DNA from: Orbicella franksi
Taxonomy: Eukaryota
DNA length: 64,000 nt
NCBI GenBank assembly: GCA_964199315.1
Contig: OZ116699.1
Coordinates: forward strand, 27,094,001 to 27,158,000
Reading direction: 5' to 3'
Below the pieces are notes generated by a model. It was not told the origin of the DNA and made no database searches. It worked only from the letters and a program-made list of their open reading frames with translations. Of this stretch, positions 39,082 through 52,655 are shown piece after piece. The translations under genes were made by a program, and so were the position numbers. Position 1 is the stretch's first letter. Every line of letters begins with the position of its first letter.

Positions 39082-41360
39082 TCATCTTCATTTCACTAAG
39101 TAAATGCTGACTTCTGGTCCAGGAGATTTTAAAAGTTCTATAGTTTTCTAACATTCCAAAAGCCCACCCCGTTAACTTGCAAATAACTGCCCACAAGTAA
39201 TGGTCTGCTCGTGCGTAGTTTCATCTAAACAATATTATGCTCATGTGTGATTGAAATCACACTCTTGAATCCAATCTCAAGTGAAAAATGGAACCTTCCT
39301 TAGGTTTAAATATGAATACAAAACAACCTTGGTAATTGAATGACAAAATAACTATTGAACTTGCACATATTATGATTTGGTGTTCTCGCTGATTAATTGA
39401 TTTGGTCGAAATTGACAAACCATGATATTTTGCTCCACTTCCTCTAATAGTTAATTATTTTTCTTCTCACAGAATCGACTGCTGCTGGAATAATAGTATT
39501 TACTGTACAATAGACACTTCTGTCCTTATCTTGGTGTGTAGGGATTGCGATTTACATCCTGTATTTCGTAGACTTCCTTATAAAACCCGACAATATTAAT
39601 CATGTCGTCTTGTTATCAAGATTTCTACCTCTTTTTCAACTTGGAAAATAATTATTATTTTGAATTTTTGTTTTTTTGTTTTTTGGACTTTCTTCGTACC
39701 TTGTGTGCATTAAAAACTTGTCGACACGTAATATCACATATATTGCCAAGAGATACGTGGGTTATGCTGGCTCCTGAATTTTGGGGTCTGAGAATGACCT
39801 CTTCTCACAGATAATTTCAGTTGAGTTCTGCAGCATTCACTATTCTATATTCAAGATGTTGACTCCTGATTTACATGTTTGTGATGTACGTTTAATCAGT
39901 TGATTTCTGCATCATGCAATATCCTCTGACAATGATTCAGTGAGTTGTGATTTCTTCCTAAAAACCTTTTAGAAAATTTTAGTTGGTATAATTGCATGGG
40001 GATACAAAGCACAAGTTCTTTGCTATAGCTGGCATTTTTCTCATGGTTTTAACCTGACTTCTCATGGTCTAAAATATCCTGGCCACAATGAGTCGAGCTG
40101 GTTACTCGATGATACCCCCTGTGTCTTAGTGTGCAACTCTTTCAGCGAGGGAATGAAAATTTCCTACTGAAACTGAAACTTTTATTAGGGTGAAGTACTT
40201 GTCCAATGGGATTTCCACCTAAGACAACAGGTTAATGTCCTCTTGGGGAAGAGGAGGGGACTAGGAAACCAAAAATTATAAATAGAAAACCCCACATTGC
40301 TTTAATCCTTTCATCTTTATCGTCTATTATTAATCTATTTTGTTCTTTTCCCAGACAGTTTTTTTTTTTTTTTCCTCAAAGTTATTTGTTCAAAAACCAG
40401 TTCTCAATATAAGAAAAAGAAATTTACAAAGTGGCTTGAAGATATGAATTTTATTTTTGCATGTTGAATACAATATTTGAGAGAAAACAAGGGATTCTTC
40501 TGGTAAGAGGAAGAACACACTATGAAAACTGGTGGGATCATCTTTTTCTGTACACCTTTTTATTGACAATCAGGTAATTTGATAGTTTTTCTAAAAATTG
40601 TTGTTGCCTTCATGCTTGAAGTATTGTATATACAAAAGTTATCACTTAAAACTAGAATTATAGAATTAACATGTGCCAGACATATTGGGTATTACCCTTA
40701 CAATTTTCACATAACAATACTGTTCAAAATTAAGTTGATGATGGTTTTTTTTTTTAGGGGGTTTTTCCACTTCTTTACACCAATAAGAAAACTTCAATCC
40801 TGCAGCTATAACCACAGTTTCCTCAAGGGTCATTGCATTTATAGGGAATTTGATTCTAACATCATCATTCTATTTCTGAACAGAAGTATGATTTAAGATG
40901 AATGGCAGCAACAAGATTTTACGTATATTACTTTTTGATGTATATTTACTGAAGACACGTACACAATGGTTTTCCATGTTTTGATTTGGAGAGTTTCCAA
41001 AAATAGGAAACAGCATGAATAGATCAAAATTTATCTCGGTAAAGATAACCTTTTCCTGCAGAATGTTATTGTTCCTTGAAAACATGTTAAATTCAAACTG
41101 TGTATTTCACATACTGTTTTCAAATCAAAGGGTACAAGAATTATGTGACTGACCCCTTACGTTTTGATAACTGGTATTTTGGCCATCTCGGCTTGAGAGT
41201 AAAGCTTTAAATTACATATGTGGCTAACAATCGAACAGACTTTGAAAACAAAATAATAAACAACATGGGGCTCCAGACTCCTCAGCCAAACCCTCGGGCT
41301 GCAGCATCCAATCCCCCCTCCCTTTCCTCCCCCCTACCCTCTTCGGCACCCTCTGATAGA

Positions 41361-41899
41361 TTACTGCCTATCTTTGCACTTGGCACATTCCCAGTCTTCG
41401 TCTTCTTTGGGCATACTGTTGAGCCCAGAGCACAACCTGTACAAAAAAAGAAATTTACATTATTTAGATTATGTGTACAGTTTTATTATATGACCAGAAC
41501 ACAACAGAGGACTTGTAGCAAACATTTATAATAATAAATTGCTCTTCCCATTCCCAAAGCACTACTGGAAGGTAAAGAGGTTTTGATAACCAAAAAATTT
41601 GCATGGTTGTCCTTCGATCCCTCCGTGTACAACTTACTCTTTTTGGGGGGACAGAAGTACAGGAATTGGTGATGGTCTTATTCCTTTCACCTTCATCACT
41701 TATATAATAGTTATTTTTTTTTGGAGTGAAAACAAAATCTAAGTTGACAGTTGTTTGCTTGTCTTGAACATTACTTACAGGTGGAACCAGTCGTCACATG
41801 TGTCACACTGTACCCATTTTATTCCTTGTTTGGAACACTTCTTTTTGCTGCCAGGAGGTGTACTCAGCATACACAGTTTGCATGCATCGTCATTTGTCA
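41361..41899 (-). CDS. Two terminal exons encoding a complete PHD finger, probably the C terminus of the helicase gene
   Basis: Exons 41899-41779 and 41436-41361 join in phase 2 to give CKLC..WVQCDTCDDWFHLLCSGL..WECAKCKDRQ* (C4HC3). Linker exons between 44539 and 41899 only partly resolved (e.g. 43967-43906). Confidence 0.8.
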
Positions 41900-44538
41900 C
41901 TGTTTGAAAAAAGGCAGTTTACATAGAATCCCTATAAGTTTAAATTATTGTCCCTCAGTTCTATCATACATACAAGGAAGAGTGATTTGACTTTTTATTG
42001 ACTGACAATAATTATTATTCATGTTTGTTTTCCATAATGATTAAGCACATTGTATTTCTGAAACTTCACTGGTTTGTGGCTGGCACACTGGATGGGGCTG
42101 GAATCTTGCTTTGATGCGCATACACATGTGTTGTCAAACATCTAGTTGCACAAGCATGCTATGTAAGAGTTTGTGCAGTTCACATTGAAATTGTCACCCA
42201 GATATGCATGTAGAAATAAAATTGTAGAAATAAAATTGTAGAAAAATTTCTGGTCGACTAGCTACATAGCAAAATAGTTCAGTGCCCTCTAGTTGGTTCT
42301 GCATCACCACCTAATTTTGTAACTGTTTCAAATATACACACGAGGTCTGCATTTTGGACCATTTATTTCATCCACTTTTCCTATGTGACAAAATTACCTT
42401 TCCTTGTCTTCCTAACACCAACACAACCACTGACAGAGTGTTCAGATGCTGCTTTGGTTGCTCTGTCTTCTTCTATAGCTAAGTCCAAAAATAGATTTTA
42501 ATGTTAGTAACAAAAGCATTTAATTGTTGGAAGACTCAACACCAAGTATAGCCCAGGTGGATCAAGGGATCAAACCTTCAAATAAAAAGATGCGACCCTA
42601 TAAGCAATTATAACATGAGGATTTGGCCTCAGAATGCTGGTCCCTCAGGACCTCGATTTTAAAAAAATGTTCCTTGGAGGATGCATACAGCCTTCAGTGG
42701 TCCATATCTTAAACCCCCTTCTCTAGAATACTGTCTCTACCCCAGATAACCCAAAAAATTGTTGAAAGAGATAGAAAGATGTAAAACTCATTCAAAATTA
42801 TTGCCCATAGGTATTTCATATATAAACTTCTGTCAACTAGGTTCAGGTCATCCCTTGTTTTTGATACCATACCTGCAGAACTGTTTTACTACTTAAAGTG
42901 ATGACTGTTTATTTTAACCATCCAGCACCTGATAAAACTTGAGGCTCATCCATATCATTATCTCCACCCCAAATGCTACATTCGCCTGTATGAAGTGATC
43001 AAGTGTGCCATGTTATTCTTAGCAACGACTCAAAATAAAAGTAAATCACATTCAATTGACAACATTATCAACCAACATTACCAACTGTTTCATTACTGTC
43101 CAAGCTGATCCTGTGTTTGGCTCCTGCTGTATATCCCTATAATGAACGAATCAATAGCATAAAGAGTTTGTTACGAGTAAAGTACTTTGCACCAACTTCA
43201 TATTTACTTTACAATGTTACAGAAGATGTTAAGTCATTTCCTTTTAAAAGCATAAAAATATTGTGGATATATTTACCATTTCAAAAGCTTTCCTCCTCCT
43301 GGGAGTGAGGACGTTCATTGCCCTTTTTGATGTTCGAGTCATCTTTTAAAATTACATAAAAAAAAAAATGATTAAAAAAATTACATAACCTGTTGGTAAG
43401 CATTCAAGAATCTTTTAGACCTTTGAACTTAAATTTCCCCTAAATCAATATAGCACTTTGTAGATGCTAAATTGATTTGAGTGGAAGGTTTTTTCAACAC
43501 ATGTAATAAATATTGTATGCAGCAGAAATGTATACTGTGTGTGCAGATAAAGGCTTGGCACAATCACTGACTGCTCCAGCATGAAAATGGCACATAGGCA
43601 AAGAATGCCAACCTAAGAAATATGTCTCTCTTGAAACATCAAATACTTGATGAGACCCTTTGTTTGTTCCACTTAAAATCAATATTGGACTAAAATTGTC
43701 CTCATGAGGCAACAATAAATTTGAATGATATTATATAATTCACAGTAGTCTGTGATCCGGCAATCTTTTTTTTTTCCTGAGCATAAGTTTAGTTTACTAT
43801 ACATACTGTTTCATTGTGCCTTTCCTCTTGATGACTAGAGAATTTTAAATACATCCAACTAAATCATTCTGTAATGTTAAAACAACACTATTGTTTTTAA
43901 CTTACCAAACTGGTGGCTACTGGAGGATCATTTGCATCACAAGACTCATTGTCCGAGTCGGGGAAATCTGGGAAAAAAAGGTTTTTTTCACCTTAACGAA
44001 TACTCCGGGTAGTCAATTACTCTTTTTTTATAATCAGTCAACTAAGATCATAACTTAGAGTTACCTACCATTTGAGCAACCTGACCCTCATGACAACAAG
44101 TTATCCTGGTTTGAGCACATAGTCCAATCAAAAACCAGTACTTGAGCAGAGGATAACCCATAAAAACACTTTACCTCCAATGGTTCAAAACCTGAGCCTG
44201 CGATATGGTCGTGTGGTAGTGGGTGACAGGTGTCAGTTGACCATAGCAAGGCGTACTAATGGATGTAGGCTGTAAATCAAGGCTGCATGCCTTGGTCGAT
44301 TTATTACCTTTTAAAAGCATGGCTGCCATGTTCCATGAAGTCATCATCATAATCGTTTTGCGCAATCCACGCCGCTGGCCACATTGACCGTGTCTATGCA
44401 TGCATGTAGCTCTGTTTGGATAGTTGCAGCCTCCGCATGGCAGCCCATTTGGCCACCAGAGTTCAGTTATATTTGGTTACTAACTATGCTGACACTGAAA
44501 AAGCAAGACTTTTTGGTGTGCTCACCTACATACAGTAC

Positions 44539-47500
44539 CTGAGATTCGCAATGTTGGCAAGTCACAAGCCAAGGACAGGTAAACTGCTTTGACACTTTGC
44601 AGGTGATCCTCATGTAGAGGGCTGTTGAATTGAAGCTCTTCATCAGCTGAAGCTTCTTGTTCAGCAACTGTAGATTGAGTATTACTCTCCTCAGCATTGT
44701 CCTCAGCGTCACCACAAGCTGTGTAAAAAATCCACATCATCATTTCGTATGTCATGTTTCTCTGCGTCAAAATCAGTTTCTGTTCCCTTTTAACAACTTA
44801 CTCTTTGCAACAATATTCAGCATAGTCTGAGTAAAAAGGCTGGTTGGGAATTTAAGTGCCTTCTTGAATTTGTTTTCATTTGCCATTGTAGGTGCAAATG
44901 GGACTGATATGTTGACCACAGACTGTCCATGTTTCTTTGCCTCATCAGCCAACTCCTAAGTTTCAACAAAGAAAACATGGCATAAGGAATAATGCAGCAG
45001 TACTCTTAATATGTTACACATTTGGGGATCGTTGAAGGAAGTAATCATAATCATTAAGATTGATATAATTTTTAAGGGTAGAGGGGGATGCTTAAGAGTT
45101 AAGCATGTAGAAATTGTTTGTCTGCTAAATGATCAAATGATCAAATGCGTTTCTTCAAACTTGTAAGATTTGTATGTAATGGTGACTCACCTTTCTTCCA
45201 ATGTGCGGCCAGTTTACAAGCTGACTGGACTTTATCGCTAATCCCTTCACCATTGTTCCATTTTGGTTCACTTTTACTGTTAAGTTTAACCAGGTCTTTA
45301 CCTAAAGTAAATGTGGGTAATGTGGACTCTTCAATGTACAAGGTTGGATATTTCCTGCTTCAACATAAAATTGGTACGATTTGGATTACAATTGGTATCA
45401 AACTATAACTGTAAGAGTCCACAGATAAGTAACCACAAGAACTCAAAATTAGGAGTTCTGATTGTGACGTTTTTAGGATGATTTTGAAAATGCATCCAGA
45501 TTGCGCAAATTTCATACAACTCTACAAACAATTTACTTAATCATTTACGTAAGAATAATTATTTACCTTTGCTCTAGCATCTTGGTTTTTGCATTCTTGA
45601 ATAATTGTTTGTTCCAATTTTTCAAGAACACACTGTTCTCTTGCTGTTGCACACTCTTTGTAGTGCCCAACATATTGCTCCACCAGCTCAACCAATTGCT
45701 CTGCTTCAGGCAAGAGTCCACAACTCATGTAAAGCTGAACACCAAAAACAAAATCAGTGCTTGAGGTTCAGTATAGCAATGAGTTACAAAAAGAGTATAA
45801 CAGAAACACCAAAACAGGGACCACACTTTCAACAATCTTTCCGTCAGCAATTCAAAACTCACCATTGTGTGGACAAGAAGCACTGAGGCCACACCTTTGT
45901 ACCACCGTGCCTGCTGGCCAGAGATGGTAGTGATGAGAATGTCAATCAGTCGACCAAGCACGACACCCTCATGGAGAATGGTTTTCAAACAGTCTGTGTA
46001 TTTCATTGACCAAACTGTCAGGAGCCCCTTTAAAATGAATTACAACTTTAGTAACTTTTACAGTTTAATTTACCATATTACTAACATTAAGGATGGTGCA
46101 ATGTAACACTCATGTGACGAGGTCTTATAACAGTGACAAGAGTCCTCCTTAATAAGAAGAGCCTGTTCTGCATTAAGTCACAAGGAAAAAATGTTCAAAA
46201 GATGTCTTGAGTTACTGGTTTACATACCCTTATTGTAACTACATGTATATTTATTTATGTAACTATTTCTAAAAGTTATATCATTTAAAAATACACAGAC
46301 AAAAGCTGGATGAATAATAAAGCACTGACCATTTTGTTTGACTCTTCTTGTATTACCTCTGTAAATTTTTAGTAGTCTCTCTTCTGGAATTTTGGTCACT
46401 TAATATCTATTAGCGTACAAATACACACAAAATGCAGAGCTTTTTCACAAATGTTTACTCTTGGTTTTCCATCCACAAATTCGATTACTGCACTTGAGTG
46501 AGTTTCATTCATCAAAAACGGGACTTTTCCATTGCATAATCTTTGAGATCCTAAGACATGTTGGCTCATAGAACATAAAACATGTTACTCACCCTATTGC
46601 TACAGACAAGATCCATGAGTTCTTTTATGGCCTGTTCCTTGGTGGCTGAAAAGTTGTCATCTTTCTTGTACACAAAGTGTATAACCCTGCCACTTAATCT
46701 GTAAAATGTAAACTTAAGGTTTTTAACAGCTTTCAATTAATTTAATAAATACAGTTACTGTAATTTTTTGGGTTGTTTTATTTTGTTTGTTTCTTTGCAC
46801 TAAATAGTGGTGAATAAACTGTATATATATATTATTTTGGCCATTTGCTTGTTTGGGTCAATAGACCTGGTCAATCAAATGAATTGGTCATGGTAAGACA
46901 TTGATCATCAACATGGAAAGAACTTGGAAAGAAGAAAAAGAAAATTGCTATCTTTGATTCCATTCAACAATGTTGAAGAGAGAACTGATACTATATGATA
47001 ACATTATATCGCAGCTCCTGCAGTTCGAAGGTGTAAGAGTGGAGTTCATTAAATATCATACATGTGTAGCTTAGAAGATTTGTACATACATGTATATGCA
47101 TCGGGGATACATGTTATAATCAATTGACACATGTCAAAACAAGGTATTTGCTGACCAGTATCGAGTGACCATCTCATGGACTAATGTATAGCACTCATCA
47201 AGGTCACTTGCTTTGTGAAGTTGATTGCTTCCAAGGTACAGGTTTTCAACCTGGGTTTTCAATAAGATCGTAAGCTTGAGCCAGCTTATTTCACTGTAAT
47301 TAGGTAGTCTGCTTTTACGCTTGGCTAATTCTATATATCATCATGAATATGGTATGGTAATACTTAATCATAACTCTACCAACCTTTCATTTTCTTTTAC
47401 ATTTGATGTCAACAGGACACCTCCCAAAGGGGAATCAATGTCTGCTTGAGAAGAGCCCTGCATTAGACCACCTTGCACTTGCAAAAGGAATTCTGACAAA

Positions 47501-50500
47501 CTGTCACTCATCCTTACATCGTCGATGACAACAACAAATGTGGTCTTGGTCAATGCCTCCATTAATTTCTTTCTAAGAGGAAAGTAGACAGTGCCATATT
47601 ATGGGAATACATATTGAGGCAATGAATTAATAGTATTATTCATGCAAAACTAGAGAGGGAGATATTGCTATTTAATAATAGTCGTCACATTTATTATAAA
47701 ATTTAAAACAGAACAACATTATTATGCCAAACCTGTCATTTGTGTTCTATTATGGCTTTGTTTTTGTTTTACTGGGAACTAAAAACATTGTGTATGCAAG
47801 CTATACAACAAGCTCTGACTACCAGATTACACATAACTTATGATATCATGAAAAGAAATTAAATCAAATCCAGTCTTACGAAGAGACTCCAGACAGTACT
47901 TGATCACCACCTGCCAGAAGCTGGTTGTGTTTCACACCTGGAACACCCTGTGCAAAGGCCAACATCTTGGCAGAGAGTGATTTCCCCACTGATTTAACAG
48001 GGCTCAATACCATCCCCAAATTTGCTTGATCTATAATAATGAGTAAAATAAAAATTAATATACATGTATAAAGTGTCAATTGAAGACTAATATTGTAACA
48101 TTTGGTCTTCCAATAAACCTGGGCATATAATGTTAGCTTTGTTGTACATCGGTCTGACAATGACAAATAAACACAAACAGACTTGTTCTTTAAAAGGTTG
48201 AATTGCTTTTAAGTGGCCATTGAAGCTCACTCAATTTGAAGTGGGAAAATACACAAACAAAAAAAAATGGCCACAGGTTGAATCACTTTTAAGTGTCCAT
48301 TGCGGCACTCAATTTGAAGTTGAAAAAAACAACAACAAAATCTTATTGCCCATTCAAGTCTAACATCCAACATTTGCTGCAAACGAGACAATAATATAAC
48401 TGAGATACCTGCACTATCACAAGTTTGCCCTTTCTTCATGAGATGCTGGCAAATAAATGCAGCAGCTGCCAAAAAAGGTACTTTGTTAGGCCCCCAGCAA
48501 CTGGCAAGGGATATAAATCTGTAAAAGGGAGCAGTGTGAATGTGCTATTAGTATACCTACATGTCAAATGATTGACTATAAGAAGTACGTACATGTACCT
48601 CATAGATATCAGAGCCCTGAGAAATAGATAAAATGCACTGTCACATGCATAATCGAAGGGGTGCATGGAAAAAGACCTTAAGTGACTTCTGATGGACTGC
48701 ACTGTTCTCCTAACAAACTGCTTGTTGTTTCATTCTGTGAAAAAAAGGACAATTTGGTATAACATCAAGAGACACTTAAGGCTTTTTCCATGCACCCCTC
48801 CACTTATACACATTCTATCAATGTGGGATAGGACTAAATAAATCCTTCTAAGGGGTTTACTTGACCCAAAAATACTATTTTTGATATCCCACCTGCAAGG
48901 ATAATCCAAGTTATGTGAGGTGCATACACAAGAACAGGGCTCTTATCTAGTTCAGGAGGAGAGTACTAACAACACAAGCCAACAACATCTACCTTCTCAT
49001 AACATCACAGAGATATCCCTCTGACAGCAATTTTTTTTCGAGAGTGTTATGATAAAGTGTCAAATCCCTCCTGTCGGCGCATCTGTACTCCCTTTGTTCT
49101 TGTGGAACAAGCAAACAATTGTGTACTTGAATCTGCAATGATCAAGCAATACTAGGTTACAATCAAAATTTGTAATGTATCAATAATGATGATATCATTC
49201 ACCATATTATGAACATTTGAAATAATTATTATTCACAACTACATCGCTAAAATCAAGGTTGTGTGCTTGAGACATCCAGGAGCTTCTACTATTTCCAGCC
49301 AGCTACTAGATGAAGACTGCTCTCATGGCGGGCAAATCCTGGCAATCCAGCCATTACCCCCATGCAGTAGGATGAACAGCCACCTGTCACACTGTCAAAA
49401 ACAGTGGAAAGAGGGAGGGTAAGGCATTGGGGGGGAACTGCCTGGGCAATGAGCTGCCACACTAACGCAAATGTACAATGCCAAAAGAAACGCCTCCTCT
49501 GTGCAATGCTACAATCCATAAGCGTATATGTGTCGACACCGCTGACTACCAGGGATCGTAAGAGCTCTATGTTGTTAACTAAATAGCAATTAACTGTATT
49601 TAAAAACTAAAAGGATTATCCAATATTATTGGTCATTAGTAGGAGATAGTTCCAAAAACATTAGATGTTTTTAGCAGTCCATATATAAAAATTGCCACAT
49701 ATGAATGTAAGTTATGACAAACCTCTTCCGACAAGCACCAATAACCATCTCGTTGCAACCCAACGTGCACCATTAGGTTGCAGTGCTGTTGGTCACCAGC
49801 CTCAAAATCTCTCTTCAGATACTGGTAGTATTCCATCACATCTTTATTGGTGCAGGAAGGAAAGAGGCTAAATGTTCCACCCTGGAAGGCCTGCCTGAGG
49901 GCATTGATAAACTTTTGTTTCGAATCAAAACAACTGGTCGCCAATACTACCTCTCTGAAATTCAGCAAATATAGAACGTATTATATGTATTGATTTGACA
50001 AATTAGCCATGGGTGTATTTACGTGAAGGGGGGATTAGTGGATAGCGTGGCTACCAACCCCCCTTTTGGAGAGGAAAACAAGTGCAAAAAAGATCTTAAA
50101 TATTATATGACACAAAAGGCAGGCACTGTGCTGGACAGATACATGTACCTCATTGTAAATTCTAAAGTGACATTACTAAAATTCCTGGTGTTATAGTTTC
50201 CAGCTAGGTCACAATTCTCAAATTGCAACATTTTGTGGGCACGTCCTATTGAGTATCCAACTGCAAGGTACCACCCCGCCCTTTCGAAAAATCCTGCAGG
50301 GGCCCGTTTCTAGAAGGTCGCACGAAAGCCGTAACAACATCTCAAACCTTGTGATTACAAAGCTGTTTTTCCACATATTCTTAATACGCAAAAGAGTTTC
50401 GCAGCGTACAAGGAGTTTAAGGCGTAAACACTTCTCTGCTTTCAGATACAGATTAACTAAAATTGGCTTTGCGGCCCCAAAAAGGTCCCGGGGCAAACGG

Positions 50501-50754
50501 GGCCCTGGATCCACGGTCCCTGTTATTCGAGTAAACTATGACAGAATTTTTAAGTCAACGAGGTACAATACAATTTACCTTGACACATGTTGTCTGTTTA
50601 TAAGACAACCACACTGTCCAATCCAGTAGCCCTCGCTAGTGTGGCCAGTCAACTCTGAAACAAATCTCAAAGTGAAATCCCCAAACGTAAACTCCTCTTC
50701 AGCGTCTTCTCCGTAACTTAGGTAAGTTTTTCCTTCTCTGACTCTAAAGGCACC
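44539..50754 (-). CDS. Multi-exon SF3-helicase-like AAA+ ATPase (core of the helicase-PHD gene)
   Basis: Phase-consistent GT-AG exons 50754-50579, 49954-49723, 49132-48993, (48616-48599 optional microexon), 48518-48409, 48030-47880, 47572-47384, 46698-46593, 46027-45863, 45734-45567, 45301-45191, 44955-44802, 44718-44539 with no stop. Walker A-like SPVKSVGKS, Walker B VVVIDD, motif C LLTSN, then LSGRVIHF. Confidence 0.8.
48658..48798. repeat. 141-bp hairpin/MITE-like insert in an intron of the helicase gene
   Basis: GGGGTGCATGGAAAAAGACCTTAAGTG versus CACTTAAGGCTTTTTCCATGCACCCC. Confidence 0.75.
50299..50505. mobile_element. MITE (Harbinger-like) in a helicase intron
   Basis: Termini GGGGCCCGTTT / AAACGGGGCCC. 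Confidence 0.6.
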
Positions 50755-51329
50755 CTGAAACTTATGCAGTAGGAAATGTGTTCAGCTTCTTGCTCAACAC
50801 CATATGGTCGCTCTTTAATACACGCCTTCCCCACGTACAGAATTCGTTTTTCCCCAGTATTTTCGACCGTCCTACTTCGCCCAGGTTGCAAACTCAGCCC
50901 CAGGGTATCTGGTGTTGTGCGGTCATCCATGATGGCCGTAACGCGCGCGCGAGTCGCGCGCCGCAATCGCTTCGCCTACCTCGCGGTGAACCAACAAGAC
51001 CTAGACAGGCTGGGCGATTCTAGATCTCGCATTCCGTCACTCACCGGTTCACAAATGTAATATCTGACCGTGAACAACCGTGAAACATAACAACCGTGAA
51101 CCATAAAAACGCCTAAATGTTTAACGGCATTTAGCGTGCAGTTTCTGGAAAGTAACACAAGAAGACCATCTCCCAGTCCCACTAAAACCCTACTGAGACT
51201 AAGAAAGATTCTTCACGCAGAACTCTCTGACCTCTCTCCGTTGCACTATAGTCTATAGCTCAACAGAAACGTCTTCAACATTGCTTGAGATCCAAAGATA
51301 GAGATAGATTGAAATCTGTTCAGACTTAC

Positions 51330-51374
51330 CACGTCCTGGCTAATACGAAGTGAGTCGTCCATGCTGCTCGCCAT
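51330..51374 (-). CDS. Candidate first coding exon of the helicase-PHD gene (MASSMDDSLRISQDV)
   Basis: ATG at 51374, 15 codons, consensus GTAAGT donor, phase 0 compatible with the exon starting at 50754; further small exons may intervene. Confidence 0.5.
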
Positions 51375-51839
51375 GCTGTCCGGCACTAAAATAAACGCTA
51401 CACCGCTCGCTTTGTGAAAGGGTAATTGTTTGCTTGGGCACCTACTGATTCATTACACAATTATAACAAACCTTTGATTGTTTCTCGTAATAAGATCTGT
51501 AGAGTGTTTCCGATTTCGGGTGATTGACGGATAGCGTACGGTGTGCCGCCATGGAGAAGAGTGCTCTTTTGTGAGAAACTATTACTTCTCAAGAAAATTT
51601 TCCTGGTACCGTGGAATGTGCTTTTTAGATGGGCCAATGAAATTTTCAGCCATATGCAGTTCGATTGCAATCTATGTGAATGATTTGATAAACAATGAGA
51701 CTGTCATTTTGCACACACCCTCAATTTAAAAGCTGTGACACCCGAGAAACTTGGTACCGGATATACTTATTTCCATGCCAGCAGCTACATAGCGAGAGTA
51801 TTGTATTCTTAATCCTTTCTCTTATTAATACTGGTAAAT

Positions 51840-52655
51840 ATGATGTCCGTGTTTCCATTCCTTCCGTTGGAACTATTTCTGCACATTTTTGACTATGTCG
51901 CATTCAGAGAAAGATTCAAGTTACGGATTGTTTGTCAAAGCTGGAACCGATTGCTGATTCATCCAGTTCTGCTGCAGCATTTGGATTTTAGTCGTTTAAG
52001 AGGAAAGAAATTGATGCGCGAACTCCGTGCATGTTTTAATCACACCACCCAAGTATTCTCCCTGGACCTGTCGGGTTGCCTCACGCGTTGCGTTTTTTTG
52101 CGGACTCTCTCAGATGGAAAATTGACCAATCTGAAGCGCCTTATCGTGGCCCATAGCTGGATAGATACTGAAATTATGATTACAATGTTGCAGAGAACGC
52201 GTTGTCTCCAGGAGCTGGACATGACAGACGTCAGCACGATTAAGGACGACGTTTGCGAAGTCATAACTAAGTTCGCTTCCCATTCTGTTAAAGTCTTTTA
52301 CCTCCCAGGGCGCCTCTCATTCTGGTCACATACACGAATTTCACGCATGCTTGACAGCTGCCAAGAGCTGGTCACATTAGGAGTGGATGGCGATATGGTT
52401 GATGCTCAGTTCATTGGGGACATTTTTAACGGCCTAGAAGTGAAGAAACTTCGCAAGCTAAGACTGACGGATGTTAAGGACGCCTACGTCATCAAGGTGC
52501 TGCGAACCATACATTCCAACCACTCAAGTAGGATAGAACTGTGCGTCTGTCGCTGCCCTTATTTAAGGACGGAAACTACAGAACTGTTGAGTAACTTAAG
52601 CATTCCTTTGTGCTCACAGTGTAAATATGACATCTCAACGTTTTCTTGGAAATAG
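51840..52655 (+). CDS. Intronless F-box protein with degenerate leucine-rich repeats, 271 aa
   Basis: F-box LPLELFLHIFDYV..LRIVCQSWNRL followed by LxxLDLS / LKRLIV / LQELDM / LRKLRL repeats. Confidence 0.85.
   Translation: MMSVFPFLPLELFLHIFDYVAFRERFKLRIVCQSWNRLLIHPVLLQHLDFSRLRGKKLMRELRACFNHTTQVFSLDLSGCLTRCVFLRTLSDGKLTNLKRLIVAHSWIDTEIMITMLQRTRCLQELDMTDVSTIKDDVCEVITKFASHSVKVFYLPGRLSFWSHTRISRMLDSCQELVTLGVDGDMVDAQFIGDIFNGLEVKKLRKLRLTDVKDAYVIKVLRTIHSNHSSRIELCVCRCPYLRTETTELLSNLSIPLCSQCKYDISTFSWK

Noticed and set aside
39430-41100. A third gene between the transposase and PHD exons
   Set aside because: Some splice-like signals, but every frame has stops and no recognisable motif
44120-44460. ORFs at 44171-44401 as helicase-gene exons
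   Set aside because: No phase-compatible acceptor; the segment resembles a dispersed repeat, and exon 44718-44539 can join 43967 directly in phase 1
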